From NCBI RefSeq assembly GCF_963921235.1, contig NC_086097.1:206648001-206712000 (forward strand): a stretch of 64,000 nucleotides of DNA. Reading direction: 5' to 3'. This DNA is from Mobula hypostoma. Lineage: Eukaryota. A model generated the notes under the pieces. The model had not been told where the DNA came from and made no database searches. It saw nothing but the letters and a program-made list of their open reading frames with translations. Below are positions 50,900 to 63,895 of the stretch, piece by piece (the stretch's first letter is position 1; each line of letters starts with the position of its first letter). The position numbers were made by a program, and so were the translations under genes.

Positions 50900-51985
50900 T
50901 TCAGAATTAGAATCCGAATTTGAATTAAAATCATGCTTATTGTCACTATCATCAAACATCAACTATCATATAACATCAAATTTATTTTGCAGCAGCAGTA
51001 CGGTGAAAAGGCATAAGAATTACTATAAACAGCAAAGTAAATAAATAGAGCAAAGAAAAGGAATAATGAGGTAGTGTTGATCAATTTATTTATTTAGAGA
51101 TACAGTATGGAATAGGCCCTTCTCACCCTTCGAGCCACACTGGCCCAGTAAACCCCCGATTCAACCCTAACCTAATCATGGGACAATTTACAGTGACCAA
51201 CTAACCAAACAGCTGCGACATCGGGAGAAAGCAGAACACACAGGGAAAACTCACACGTTCCATAGGGAGGACATACAGACTCAGTACAGATGACATCTTG
51301 ATTGAACTCTGAACTCCAATGCCCTGAGCTGTAATAGCATCATGTAACCACTACGCTGCTATAGCGCCTCACAGACAAGCTGAAATCTGATAGCGGAGGG
51401 GAAGATACTGTTTCTGAACCATTAAGTGTGAGGCTTCAGGCTTTTGCATCTGTTTGTTCCCTGATGGCAGTAATGAGAAGAGGGCATGTCCTGGTGTTCA
51501 GGATCTTTGAGTGATAGATGCTGCCTTCTTCACACAATGGAGCTAACTGGGCCTACAACCTTCTACATCTCTTGTGATCCTGTGCATTGGAGCCTCCGTA
51601 CCATGCTGTGATTCAATCAGTCAGAGTGCTCTCCACCCACATCTACGGAAATCTGCAAGAGTCTTTGGTAGCATAGCAAATCCCCTCACAAACGGTGAAG
51701 TAGAGCGGTTGGCATGCTTCGTTCAGGATTGCACCAATGTGTTGGACCAAGGGTAGATCCTCTGAGATATTGACATTCAACAACTGCTCATCCTTTCCAC
51801 TGCTGACCCCTCAATGAGGATTGATGTGTGTTCTCCTGACTTGCCCTTTCTGAAATCCACCATCAATTCCTTGGTCGTGCAAACATTCAGGGCAAGTTAA
51901 TTGTTGCAACAACACTCAAGTAGCCAGTCTTTCTCACTCCTGTACACTTCATTTCCACCAACTGAGATTTTACCAGCATGCCAAG
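50900..51985 (-). mobile_element. Rex1/Babar 3' fragment
   Basis: Antisense of the 56400-57155 region (cagtaatgagaagagggcatgtcctgg, tttccactgctg). Confidence 0.8.
51082..51370 (-). mobile_element. tRNA-derived SINE nested in Rex1 tail
   Basis: Minus head ggcgctatagcagcgtagtggtta...gagttcaatc (A/B-box-like); (taaa)n tail. Confidence 0.78.
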
Positions 51986-52044
51986 TAGACCTTTATTGTG
52001 CTCTGCTTTCACACTAGTGAATTTAGAACTGTGCTGTGTACATA

Positions 52045-52370
52045 CACCTACTGATGCCTCTGGACACATCTTCAGTGATGTTCCTGGAATCATCGGGTGT
52101 TTCGGGTCTTTCAACATCATACACCCTCTCCAGGTGACCCAGCCGGGGCTGATCAGACCCCAGCTTGTGTCCAGATGGCTAGCTACTTATTACTCCATGG
52201 CTCCCCTCGTTTGAGCCACAGCCATCTTGAGGCCCTCTCTGCCGCATCAGTGGTACTGCGGATGGCTCTCCTCTTCCTCTCTCCCTTGATGCCCAAATTG
52301 CTGAAGGCTCTAGCTAAGGAATGGGCTGCGAATTCCCTACAACCAACCTCCACTGGGAAACTCACCATTT
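52045..52370 (-). mobile_element. Hero-type (restriction-like endonuclease) non-LTR retrotransposon 3' end
   Basis: FPVEVGCREFAAHSL...LGI.G...RRAI...AAERASRWLWLKR..PW C-terminus followed by a GC-rich UTR. Confidence 0.75.
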
Positions 52371-52832
52371 TCTAGAAATCATTAAGGCAGCTTTAAGCTT
52401 TAAGGTTAGCCTTAAAGTGGATTAGAGTGCAATTCCACTGTTGTGTACACTGAACATTTAGTATGCAAGACATACTTTTAGCAAGACAACATCAAACAGA
52501 TCAAAGTCTCTAATTTGTTTATCACTAAAGAAGTATTTTTTTTGTTGTTTCCCCAGTGGCACCTTACATGTTCTGGGGGTAAGATTTGCCACTTTAATAA
52601 CAGATCTATAGAGTTCTGGAGTGGGGGGTGGGGTAGGGTCAGAGTGGGAGTGGAAAAGGAGGTGAGTCGGGGCAGACAGGAGATGAATAATATTTGGCAG
52701 CAGTCTATAAACCTAATGTGGAGCTTAAGGAGCAATTCTCAATTTCTATTGCAGTGAAGCAAGGTGTTGGGAACATCCACATAATTAACGACCTTACATC
52801 TAGTGCATGTCTGTGAACCACCCTTCATAAAG

Positions 52833-52900
52833 ATATCACACCTCGAAGTGTCACACCTCAGAAGTATCACACATGGAAAGCATCACACCTCACAAGTGTC
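52833..52900 (+). repeat. Degenerate ~16-nt tandem repeat, about 4 copies
   Basis: tcacacctcgaagtg / tcacacctcagaagta / tcacacatggaaagca / tcacacctcacaagtg. Confidence 0.8.
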
Positions 52901-53015
52901 ATGATCAGATATCACTTTCTATTAAATTAACTGTGTTGATTAGCTCAAGTACTTAATTGACTAAATGTGAAGTAATTGCAAATTAGTTCAGTTCACCAGA
53001 TCAATAGGAACACTC

Positions 53016-53085
53016 TCAATTAGCAGTGAGAAAGCACCACAAAATCACAAAACAGATTTTGTGGTGCTTCATCATTGCTAATTGA
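53016..53085. repeat. 31-bp-arm inverted repeat (hairpin)
   Basis: Arms match at 28 of 31 positions around an 8-nt loop. Confidence 0.85.
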
Positions 53086-53624
53086 AGAGATTTGTAGAAT
53101 TTTCTGTCGCAGTGTAAGCCTTGCATTGTGACTGTTGTGTTGTCAATGACCAACACCTCAAACAAGTGGGCCCTTATCAAGGATTGGGCTTGGCTTGACT
53201 AACAGGTCATAGACAAGAGGATTTCTAAGGTAAATTTATACCATTTCTTTTCTTGTACATCCAGTGGAAGGGTAAAAATAATACAATGTTTTGCTTCATC
53301 AGGAAGATTACAGTCAATTGGGAATGGCTGTACTTATCTGCTCCTAAATTTTTTATTCAGGAACAGTTAAATAAGGATTTTAAAAAAGTTGATATATGAC
53401 AATGTCAGGGGATTCTTCTTCAGTACTCTATCTGCTTGGATCTTCTGTACTGTTCCAATGAGTAGCTTGAGGAACAGCTACTCGTCTTTCATCCAGCAAT
53501 TTGAAGTAATTAATTTACTGGGATGTACCAGATCTGGTCAATTCTGTTATCTAAGTTATCTATCAGAAATTTTAACCCAGTTTTTCTCTCTTCACTAACA
53601 CTGCCAAATCTGCTGGCCTTTTCT

Positions 53625-53720
53625 TTTTGAGTCTTGCTGAAGGGTCTCAGCCCAAAATGTCAACTATACTCCTTTCCATAGATGCTGACTATTTCCTCTA
53701 GCATTCTGCATATATTGCTT
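53625..53720 (+). mobile_element. Penelope terminal repeat fragment, degraded
   Basis: gctgaagggtctcagcccaaaatgtcaac...ccatagatgctg. Confidence 0.75.
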
Positions 53721-53767
53721 AGCCTTTCCTATACCTGACTTACTTTTACATGTCCCTTTGATTTTAT

Positions 53768-53794
53768 TCTCTCTCTCTCTCTCTCTCTCTCTCT
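53768..53794 (+). repeat. (TC)n microsatellite
   Basis: Directly visible. Confidence 0.95.
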
Positions 53795-54654
53795 ATGTTC
53801 TCAGAAATGTTATAATTCTGTACTTTCACCATCAGCTTATCATCAAGACAACACTGACTTCATCCTATCAGAGATATTCCTGTTACCCTATCGATCCCTC
53901 CTCACTCTCTCTCTACAATTCAAAACTAATTTACTTTCTCTGTTTCCCTGTTCCAAAAATAGTCTATAAGCTGAAATATTAACTCTTTCTTTCCATAGAT
54001 GCTATTGAAATCACTATTTCCATTTTTTTCTGTTTTTATTTCAGATTTGCAGTATCTCCAGTTTTTTTAATTGTTCACTTGAGTTTTTAGTAGTTATAGC
54101 CAACTAAACTTCTGAACATCCTCCTCTTTTCTGCATGTTTTTTTTCCCCTCTATCCACTTCAGAATAAACATATTCTTTCAGGATATTTTGCCCACGTGC
54201 TATCGGTAAGCCTGAAACCCAAATAGAAAAATGATCATCACTGTGCAGACTTTCTCAAAGTTAAGTCCTTCCTTATTATTTTTTATTGAGAATCTTTGAT
54301 AAGATTTTTCACCCTTATTGCTCTTTCTGACTGCAGCCTTGTTGTGACATTGATATTGGCATATAAACCTGATACTTCCAGAGGCCAATTTATTGAAAAC
54401 ATAAAATTGCACTGCAGTGATTCCCTTTGATTATCTGAGGTTACCTGAGGGCATTGGTCATTTTGTAGAGGGAACAGGTGAGTTTTCAGATTGTTAAACA
54501 ACCAGAGAACATGAATGTTCCATTTTTTTTAGAGAAGTCCACTCTTTTAATGGAGAGCTTTACAAAAAGTTTCTTCGAGAGCTCATGTCACATGCAATGT
54601 TTGGATATGGAGAAGTACTATCTATGACTGCATTCTTCTTAAATGGAACCTAAT

Positions 54655-57155
54655 TAGGCTATTCTCTCGACTGAAAAGTGGAAGAGATGAAGTTTGCTTC
54701 ATGATTAACATGCATGATCGTTCTGCCTCAATCCTGCTCACCCATTCAGGAACATCTAGCGGTCAGATGTCCTCTGTTTTATCTGCCAAGGGTGTTTTCC
54801 ACTAACATCCTGGTAGTGGTGTACATTCCACCCCTGGCCAAAGTCAGGCAGGCACCAGCGGAGCTGTGCACCATGATCAGCAACCATGAAACAGCGCACC
54901 CTGATCCCTTCCCCATCAACCAGGCCAGCTTGAAGAAATCTCTGAACAACCACCATCAATATATCACCTGTGGAACCGAAGGAGCTAACACACATGACCA
55001 CTGTTATGCCACATCAAAAACGCTTACCGTGCCAACCCCCACCTGGACTTTGGAAGATCTGATGATCTGGTTGTACTTCTACACATGACATTCAGGCAGA
55101 CTAAAGACTGCAGCATCAGTGGTGAGAACCAAGCAGCAATGGTCAAAGGAGGTGGGGCAGCATTTACAGGACTGCTTTGGATTCAGGGATTCATCTTCAA
55201 ATCTGAATGAATACGCCACAATTGTCTCCAACTTCATCAAGATCAGATGGATGAGTGTGTGCCTTCAAGAACATACTGGACATACCAATATGTTCCAAAA
55301 AGCTATGCAAAAGTACATACCAAAAGCTGTGGAAGGACCAGGAGAGTCATTGTCTTCTGAGGACTAAATTTATGGCATTCAAGACCAATGATCCACAGCT
55401 ATTCCAGAAGTCCTGGTATGACCTAAGGAAGGCTATTTTAAGAGCAGGAAAAATAAACAAATTCTATTAAAGTCAGAGGTGGCATCAGATGCAAATCAGC
55501 TCTGACAGGGCTTCCAAGCCATTACTTCCTACAACCAGACACCCAACATCATAAATGGCAATGAACTCCAGGTGACCTAAACAGTTTTTATGCAAGCTTT
55601 GAAAGGAAGAATAAAATTACACCAGCATGAATTGCTGTAGCACCTGAGCACCCTGTAATCAACATCTTTCATGAGGGTGAACCCTTGCAAGGTGTCAGGT
55701 CCTGCTAGTATTTCTGGTAGGGCACTGAAAACCTGTGCCAACCAACTGATGGGAGAGTTCAAGGACATCTTCTATCTCTCAGTGGTGCAGTTGAAGGTTC
55801 CCGTCTGCTTCAAAAGGGTGATGATCATACCAGTGCCCAGTGGCTGAGCTGCCTCAGTAACTATCTCACAATTGAAATTGGATCAACTGTGATGAAGTGC
55901 TTTGAGATGTTGGGTATGACCAGAGTCAACTATTGCTTAATCAAGGATCTAAACTTACTGCAATTTGCCTATCACCACAACAGGTCTACAGCAGATATAA
56001 TCTCACTGGCTCTCCACTCAGCTTTGGATCACCTGGACAACTGCAAGATCTATGTCAGGCGGCTGTTTATTGATTACATCACAGCTTTCAACACTATCAT
56101 ACACTCAGTATTGATCAACAGGTTCCAAAATCTGGGCCTCCCTGTGAATCTGAATCCTTGTCTTCCTCAACAGGAGACTGCTGTCAGTGTGGATTGGAAA
56201 TAACATTTCCTCATCGCTGGCAGTCAACACTGGTGCACACAAGGATGTGTGCTTAGCTTACTGCTCTACTCTCTCTACACCATTAACTGTATCACTAGGC
56301 TCAGCTCAAACACCATCTATAAACTTACTGATGACACAACTATTGTTGTCAGAATTTCAGATGGTGATGAGGAGGCATACAGGAGTGAGATAGATCAGCT
56401 GGGTGAGTGGTGAGAGCAACAACCCTGCTCTTCAATGTCAGTAAGATGAAGGAATTGATTGTGGACCAAGAAAGGGAACACACACCAGTTCTCATTGCGG
56501 AATCAGCAGTGGAAAGGGTGAGCAGTTTGAAGTTCCTAGATGTCAACATCTCTGAAGATCTATCGTGGGCCAGACATATTGATGCAAGTATAAAGAAGGC
56601 ATGACATCAACTATATTTCATTAGGAGGTTGAGAAGACTTGGTACAGCATGTCACCAAACACTCCCATGAATTTCTACAGATGAAATGTGGAGAGCATTC
56701 TCATTGATTGCATCACCTTCTGATATGGAGGGGCCACTGCTCAGGATCAGAAGAAGCTGTAGAGGGTTGCAAATTCAGCCAGCTCCATCATGGAAACTAG
56801 ACACTCCGTCATCCTGGACACTTTCAAAAGGTGAAGTCATGAAAAGCAGCATCCAACATTAAGGAGCCCCGTCACCCTCTTCTCACTGCTACCTTCAAGG
56901 TGGAGGTACAGGAGCCTGAAGATGCAGTCCACATTTTAAGAAAAGCTTCTTCCTCTCTGCCATCAGAGATCTCATTGGACAATGAACCCATGTACACTAT
57001 CTCACTTTTTTTTTTGCTCTCTTTTTTGCATTACTTATTTAATTTTCTATATTTATATTTCTTGTAATTAATTTTTAAAAATTCTATGCAATGTACTACT
57101 GCCACAAAGCAACAAATTTCATGCCGTATGTTGGTGACATTAAACCTGATTCTGG
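54655..57155 (+). mobile_element. Rex1/Babar LINE, degraded
   Basis: VVVYIPP (APE), MKCFE, LQFAYHHNRST, IDYITAFNTI, NVSKMKELIVD; attaaacctgattct tail. Confidence 0.92.
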
Positions 57156-58142
57156 AGTTAATGGAGTACCTAAGTGGAAAACCATAACTGCCGTGAACGA
57201 AAAGGGGATGAAGGATTTCCATCATAAGGTCAGGGAGAATCAAGGGCAAATCTTTCTCATTAAAAAAAGGTAAGAAAATAAAATCAAAATCTGCTTCCAA
57301 GCTACAGATATTACAATATAGATTTCCACAACTCCTTAATCTGGTGATTAGGGCAATGACTATTTCTCACTTATCTCAAGCTAACTTACCCTGTGCTTTC
57401 AGAAGCAAAATCAGAAACCTTGCAGCAATTCTACTGACTGTGACTGTGACACTGAAGGTCAATTGGGGCTCAGTGGCCAAACTATTAGGATTGTTCAAAA
57501 AACAGAAGAAAGCTTAGAGTGATGATAAAAAAAGCCTGGGAGCAGTGTCTCTGCAGGATAAAATCATACCCCGGATGCCTTCTTCATAAGTACATGAAGG
57601 ACAGGCAGAACTTCATTGACATATCCATTTAACTCGAAGTGACTGCCTAACAACACACAGAGCACCAAAGTTCTAGACTCATTCCATAAAATAACTGTCT
57701 CCTTTACAGCATTTGTTTTGAGAGACAACAATAAAATGAAAACAAATAAGCTGGAAATATTGAGCAAGTGAGATAGCATCTGCAGAAATAGAAGAGAGTT
57801 AATATTTGAGGTAACTGATCTTCATCAGTGCAGATTATACTCATAATATATCCAGTGCTCAAATACGAGGAAGGTAGCAGTGTTTAGTATTCACACCATT
57901 AATCTCCTACGGTGCATTTCTACACTCTCAGCTGGTTACTCAGGGGATAAAAGAGAAACAGACTGCTCGGGTTCTTCCCCACATTGATTACAAAACTACT
58001 TGCCCTTAATTTTGAACACCAGATACTTCTGACTGAAGAAAATATCACAGGCTGAAGAGTAGCAAACCTGACCAGAGGGCAGTGGGGTCATTAAGTTATC
58101 TAATATCTAATTCCTTTAATTCTCTATGGTATCGGTTTAAGT

Positions 58143-59412
58143 AAGACCATAATCGATAGGAGCAGAATTAGGCCATTTGGCCCATTGAGTCTGTTCCACC
58201 ATTTCATTTCCCTCTCAACCCCACAACCCCATTCTCCTGCCTTCACCTCGTAACCTTTCATGCCCTGAATAATCAAGAATCTATCAAACTCCACCTAAAT
58301 ACTCCTGATGGTTTGGCCTCCACAGCTACCTGTGGCAACAAATTCCAGATTCACCACCCTCTGGTTAAAGAAATTCCTCCTCATCTCTATTCCAAATAGA
58401 TGTCCCTCTATTCTACTCTGTTCCATTTGGTCCGAGACTCCATCACTATAGGAAACATTTTCTCCACATGCACTTTATCCAGGCTTTTCAGCATTCAATA
58501 GGTTTCAATGAGATTCCCCCCCTCACCATTCTTCTAAATTCCAGTGAGTATGGGGCCAGAGCCTTCAAGTGCTCTGCAATGAATGAATGATTCCTTTCAG
58601 TCCTGGAATCATTCTCATAAACCTCCTCTGAACTCTCTCCAATGTGAGCACATCTTCTCTTAGATAAGGGATCTAAAACTGCTCACAATACTGCAATTGA
58701 GACTTCACCAGTGCCTATTTTGTCTTTGCAAAATAAATGCTAACATTGCATTTGCCTTCCTCACTACCAACTCAAACTGCAAGTTAACCTTTAGGGAATC
58801 CTGCATTTGGACTCCTGAGTCCTTTTGCACCTCAGATTTTTGAATTTTCTATCCGTTTAGAAAATCGACTATACTTCTGTTCCTTCCAGCAAAATGCATG
58901 ACCATACACTAAGTCCATCTGCAGCCTTCCTGCTTCCTCAACATCACCCGCCCCTCCACTTAACTTTGTATTGTCTGCAAATGGGGCAACAAAGCCAATA
59001 ATTTTGTCATCGAGATCACTTACATAGTGAGTAAAAAGAAGAGTACCAACACTGAATCCTGCACAATACCACTAGCCACCGGCAGTCAATGAGAAAAGGC
59101 TCCCTTTATTCCCATTCTTTGACTTCTGCCAATCAGCCAATCCTATATTCATCTTTCCTGTAATACCATGGGTTCTTACTTTGTTAAGAAGCTTTATGTG
59201 TGGCATCTTGTCAAAGGCCTTCTGAGTACACAACATCTACCAATTCTCCTTTGTCTATCCTGCTTATTATTTTCTCTAAGAATCCCAACAGATTTTTCAA
59301 GCATGATTTTCCTTTAAGGAAAACGTGATAACTTTGGCCTATTTTATCATGTGGCCCCTGGTACCCTGAGTCCATATCCTTAAGAATTGACTCCAATACC
59401 TTCCCAACCAGA
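58143..59412 (-). mobile_element. CR1 LINE 3' half, degraded
   Basis: HDKIGQS..FLKGKSCL..LLGF; CR1 3' UTR at left end. Confidence 0.9.
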
Positions 59413-60177
59413 TGAACAAAATAAGGACATCAACCTCCCTTTGAAATAGTATAAGACAGTGTAATGGTAAATAGCGTATAACTATAATTGTAGTCAGCCA
59501 ACATACACCACAAAAGAGATAGAGTGCTGTGAATTCCTCTCCCCGCTTCTGAAATGTAAGACACTTGCTGCTTGCTGAAATCACTAGATTTAAGTGACAG
59601 TGAACCACACATTTTGCACAGTCTAGTCTCAAGTAGGAGATCTTAATCATCCACCTTCCCACCTGGAGACCGCAGGCTACAGCAAGCAGCGACCATTCCC
59701 TTGCCATTGCCTAAGATACAGGAGAAGCTGCAGATGGTATGAGAGGCAGCAGGTGCCACACTTCTACTTTCAAACTTCAACCAACACAAATGCTGCTTTC
59801 AGTCCAATTCCTTTTTACACCTTCATTTTATTTTTTATTAACTTAGAAAAACAGCCCTCATGCAAGTTTTTTTTTTGCCATATTTCCTTCTCACATATAC
59901 CCGACCCATGGTGATCAGAGATGGGGTTTTGTCCAAACTAAATGGGATGCTGGCCAACTCTGAGCTCATCATTAGACAGCAGTGTCTCATGACTGACAGA
60001 TATATATTGATTACAACAATTACAAAAATAAAAAAAACAAAAAAAAAAGCTAGCGCTTAGATCAAACATTTAAAGTTGAGCACAAGTCAGAACTGAGTTA
60101 AACAGCCCATCTCTACTTGTGAGCTTTAACCTGAGTAGCTGGTGCCTTTGCAATCAAATGGTACAGCTTAGCATTAT

Positions 60178-60450
60178 TAGAACGAGAGTCAGCTTTATTA
60201 TCACTGACATGTGTCATGAAATTTGTTTTGGGGCAGCAGCAAGGTGCAAGGCCTAAAAACTATTACAAGTTAAGTAATGCAAAAGAGGCATAATGAGGGA
60301 GTTTTCACCGATTGTTCAGGAATCTAATGGTGGATGGAAAGGAGCCTTTCCTGACACATTGAGTGTGGATCTTCAGGTTCCTGTGCCTTTTCCTTGATGG
60401 CAGTAATGAGAAGAGGGCATGTCCTGGTTGGTGAGGGTCCTTAATGACGG
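60178..60450 (-). mobile_element. Rex1/Babar 3' tail
   Basis: IKDPHQPGHALFSLLPSRKR...FPSTIRFLN. Confidence 0.85.
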
Positions 60451-61564
60451 ATATTAACACGTGCTGTTGGAGTAGGTGGAGCAGGTAAGTAGAATGGGTG
60501 GAATCCTTTATGAATTCTAATTCAGAAAAATGAACTGACCCGCACAAATTTGCAAAAAATCCAGTTCATCATACAGACTTTGAAACAGAAGTCTAGCCGT
60601 TGAACTGACAAGAACTAGAAGCTCTAAGAGAAACAGAAATCTAGCTTGTGAGCGATACATTCTCCCACACTCTCGCTTGCAGTTCACAGCCCCCTTTCAT
60701 TTCCAGAAAGGCTGTGAAGAAAAGTATCATGCAGAGAAAGGATGGCAAAGAAAGATAAAAAATAGATATGGGGAAGAGGATAAGAGAAAGGAAAAGTGCA
60801 TTAATGTCCCCTGTGGCTCATGTGACAGATGCAGTTTGTCATTTTTAACCATGTTTATGTTTTTGGCACAAAGCAGCACCTCAAGCATATGCCTCACAAC
60901 TGAAAATCTCACACCTAAGATCTGCCCAGTGTTGACAGCTCTGTTAACTGCTTGTGCCATAATTACAGTTTCATTTCAAGTTCATAATTAAGTACACAAG
61001 CCACACAAATATCTGAATGCATGGATAAAGTATCAAGATCATCTACAACAGTAAATTAAAAAAAGGAGCTAGAACCTTGCAATTTTTGCAACGGGGTCCC
61101 ATTGGTTAGACCAGGACCCTTTTGCTTACAGAGTTAAAGGATAGTGCAGCTGAGCACAGTCACCATATTTGCTACCTGCCTGTCCCACAGGCTGTGTCTG
61201 CCCTCCATTCAGAGAGATTGGCATCTCACTATTTTAAATCAGACAAAACTCCAAGAAAATAAATGATTTATTAACCTGTATGGTTGTAAAGTTCTTTTTA
61301 CATCAATTACATGAAACTGCAGCTGATATGAGAGGAGCACAGACATGCATCTTTAGAAGTTAAATAGATAGAGGCAAAACTGATAACTCCTCTTAGATTT
61401 GCTCATCCAAAGAAGCAAGCATTTTAACATATCACACGTTATTCCATTCAGCATTGCACATTTGGGAAGTGTGTTTTCCATTCCTCTTTCCATTTACTTT
61501 CAAACCAAAGGACAAAAGACAAAAGGTGGACATCAACTTCTGCCACTTTCAACATTGTCTTCCA

Positions 61565-62100
61565 AAGTAAGAAATATAGGCACCTTATTTGTCCCATGGG
61601 CATGTTCTGTCATTCATGGCTGGATCGTGATCAAACTTCACATCACAGCCTTTTCCAAATATTCCTTGATAACTCTAGTTAATAAAAAAACTTTGACAGT
61701 TTTAAAACCAGCAAGTCATCTAGCTTCTATTTCTACACAGTGCTGATGCACTAGATTGATTCCTGGGATAAATGGTTTACTATAAGAAAAATATTAAGTA
61801 AGATTGTCTTGAGCACCATAGAATTTAGAAAAATACTAGATGATCTTGTTGAAACCAGTCAGAAGGAGAAGTACTGGGATTGTTCTCTCGGGATGGAAAG
61901 TCTAGACTTAGGAGACATGATCCAAGATAAGGGATTTTCCATTTAGGGCTGAGATATGGAGAAATTTCTTCTCATAAACTGTTGTAAATCTGCAGGAATC
62001 TCTACATCTCAAGCTAATGGTCTTTCAAAATTAACTCTGGTGGAGTTTTGTTTGTTAAGAAGAAATACAAGATCTTGGAAGTAGACTTATGAGTCCATGG
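61565..62100. mobile_element. Two old CR1 3' fragments (minus ~61565-61740, plus ~61745-62100)
   Basis: Degraded C-terminal/UTR similarity (tagattgattcctgggat, gagaaatttcttctc). Confidence 0.55.
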
Positions 62101-62129
62101 AGGAGAATCAAAGAGCAAAATCACTTACA

Positions 62130-62635
62130 GAATTATACAGTATGACAGCACAGAAGCAGGCCTTTTGGCCCATCTATCCATGCCAATCTACTAATGTGCC
62201 TAGTGGCATCAACCTGCACCTGAACCATAGCCCTCCCTACCCTTCCCATCCATGTATCTATACAAATTGCTCTTAAACATTGCATTCAAACCTGCACCCA
62301 CTATTCTGCTGGCAGTTCATTCCACACTCTCAACACCATATGAGTAAAGAAGATCCCCCTCATGATCCCTTTAAACATTTCACCTCTCACCCTTTATCCA
62401 TGACCTCTAGTTCAACTCACCCACCCTCAGTGGAAAATGACTGCCTGCATTTTTACTGTCTATGCCTCTCATAATTTTGTATATTACTATAAAAATTCCC
62501 CTCATTCTCCTACGCTCCGGGGAATAAAGTCCAGACCTATTTAACCTTTCCCTATAGTTGAGGTCCTCAAATCCTAGCAACATCCTTGTAAGCTTTCTCT
62601 GCATTCTTTCAATTTTATTGATATCTTTCCAGTAG
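62130..62635 (-). mobile_element. CR1 3' fragment
   Basis: QRKLTRMLLGFEDLNYRERL..GLYSPERRRMRG. Confidence 0.88.
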
Positions 62636-62799
62636 GTGTTGCTTTGCTTCTATTTAGTTTGCTCTTATGACATTATTAGGCTTGCAATCAAATCCATTGA
62701 AATCTAGCAAAGAAGGATCTGGAGCAAATATAAAATTCATTTAGTTAGGAAATTGTGCTCGTAAATTCTATGATAATGTTGGTTCCCATTTGCAGGGAT

Positions 62800-63895
62800 G
62801 TGTTTAAATCAGATTTGGCACCAACTGCATTTCTGCAGAATAGTCAAAGCAAAAGTAGTTTTCTTCTTTGGCTGAGATCTTTTCCCGGCTGCAGGAAGCT
62901 TTGAATGGCATTCAAAGTTAGTCAGTATAAATTGGTAGTCAATATACATTTTAAAGCAATATAAAATTTACAACAATAGCCTTGAAATTCAGACTGTCAG
63001 CTCTGTTACACACTGTTTATTTGTCTATAATGTGAGCTATTGTGATTATTTCCAGATGTTCAGTTTACAACTTCATGGTGTGATGAATATTCACTGTCCA
63101 GAGCCCAGGGGGCCTTTTTGTCAAGCTCAGCTTTCTAACACAGCAGCTAACACTTCTAGAGATCAAAGAGTTGCTTTGAGTAAAGTAAACTTCCAACCAA
63201 TATTGTTTGCTCAGCCTATCACCATAAACAAGAACCAGTCTTCAGTTCTGAGTGTACATTTCAAGAAATGATCAATCCAAAACTAAAAGGACAGCTTTGC
63301 AAATAAACAATATCGTCTATAGAGCACAGACTGCTGGCCCACAGCATGGGGTTGGCTGCACAAAAGATGCAGTCTAAGGCAATGGGCCTGCATCAAACCA
63401 GGCAAGATCGGCTAAATTTCTTAGTTCAAGGAAGTTTGCAAACCAGACTGATACCATCATTTAGCACATCAAATAGCTGATCTATCTGTAGTCAAGAGTT
63501 TTGCGTTCTCAGAGAATCTGCCTTCACAGCATTACTTGTGGGTATTTGGGATCTCTGTCACCAGAAGCTTTTAGACCATCTGTGTAAAGTCACCCACGTG
63601 GCAAAAAAAAGCAGCATAAATGTTAGAGAGCAGACAGGCTTGCTGGGAATAGTCAAGAGGTAACAAGAAGAATGGAAAGACAAGGTGACTAGATTTCATT
63701 CTGTGATGGACAACTCATTTGTCTGAAACTCATTGGTATGTATTTTTAGCTTATAGGAATTGTACCTGTGTTGCGGAAATCCTTTGAGTTTTAGACATCG
63801 TTTGTAATTGGAAATCTTTTATAAACTTGAAATCCTCCGTGAGATTTAAATGTGTTTTAAGAATTTTGTCTAAATTTAAAATGTTTCATTAAAAA
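62800..63895 (-). pseudogene. Decayed coding-like repeat copy 2, possible P-element/THAP9-type transposase fossil
   Basis: Remnants TDGLK, IDQLFDVLND (63456-63485), CPFSFGLIIS, RLSKQYWLEVYFTQ (63176-63217) in plausible order. Confidence 0.45.

Noticed and set aside
54469..54477. 9-nt micro-exon-like tag|AGGGAACAG|gtgagt
   Set aside because: Very short pyrimidine tract and no independent support.
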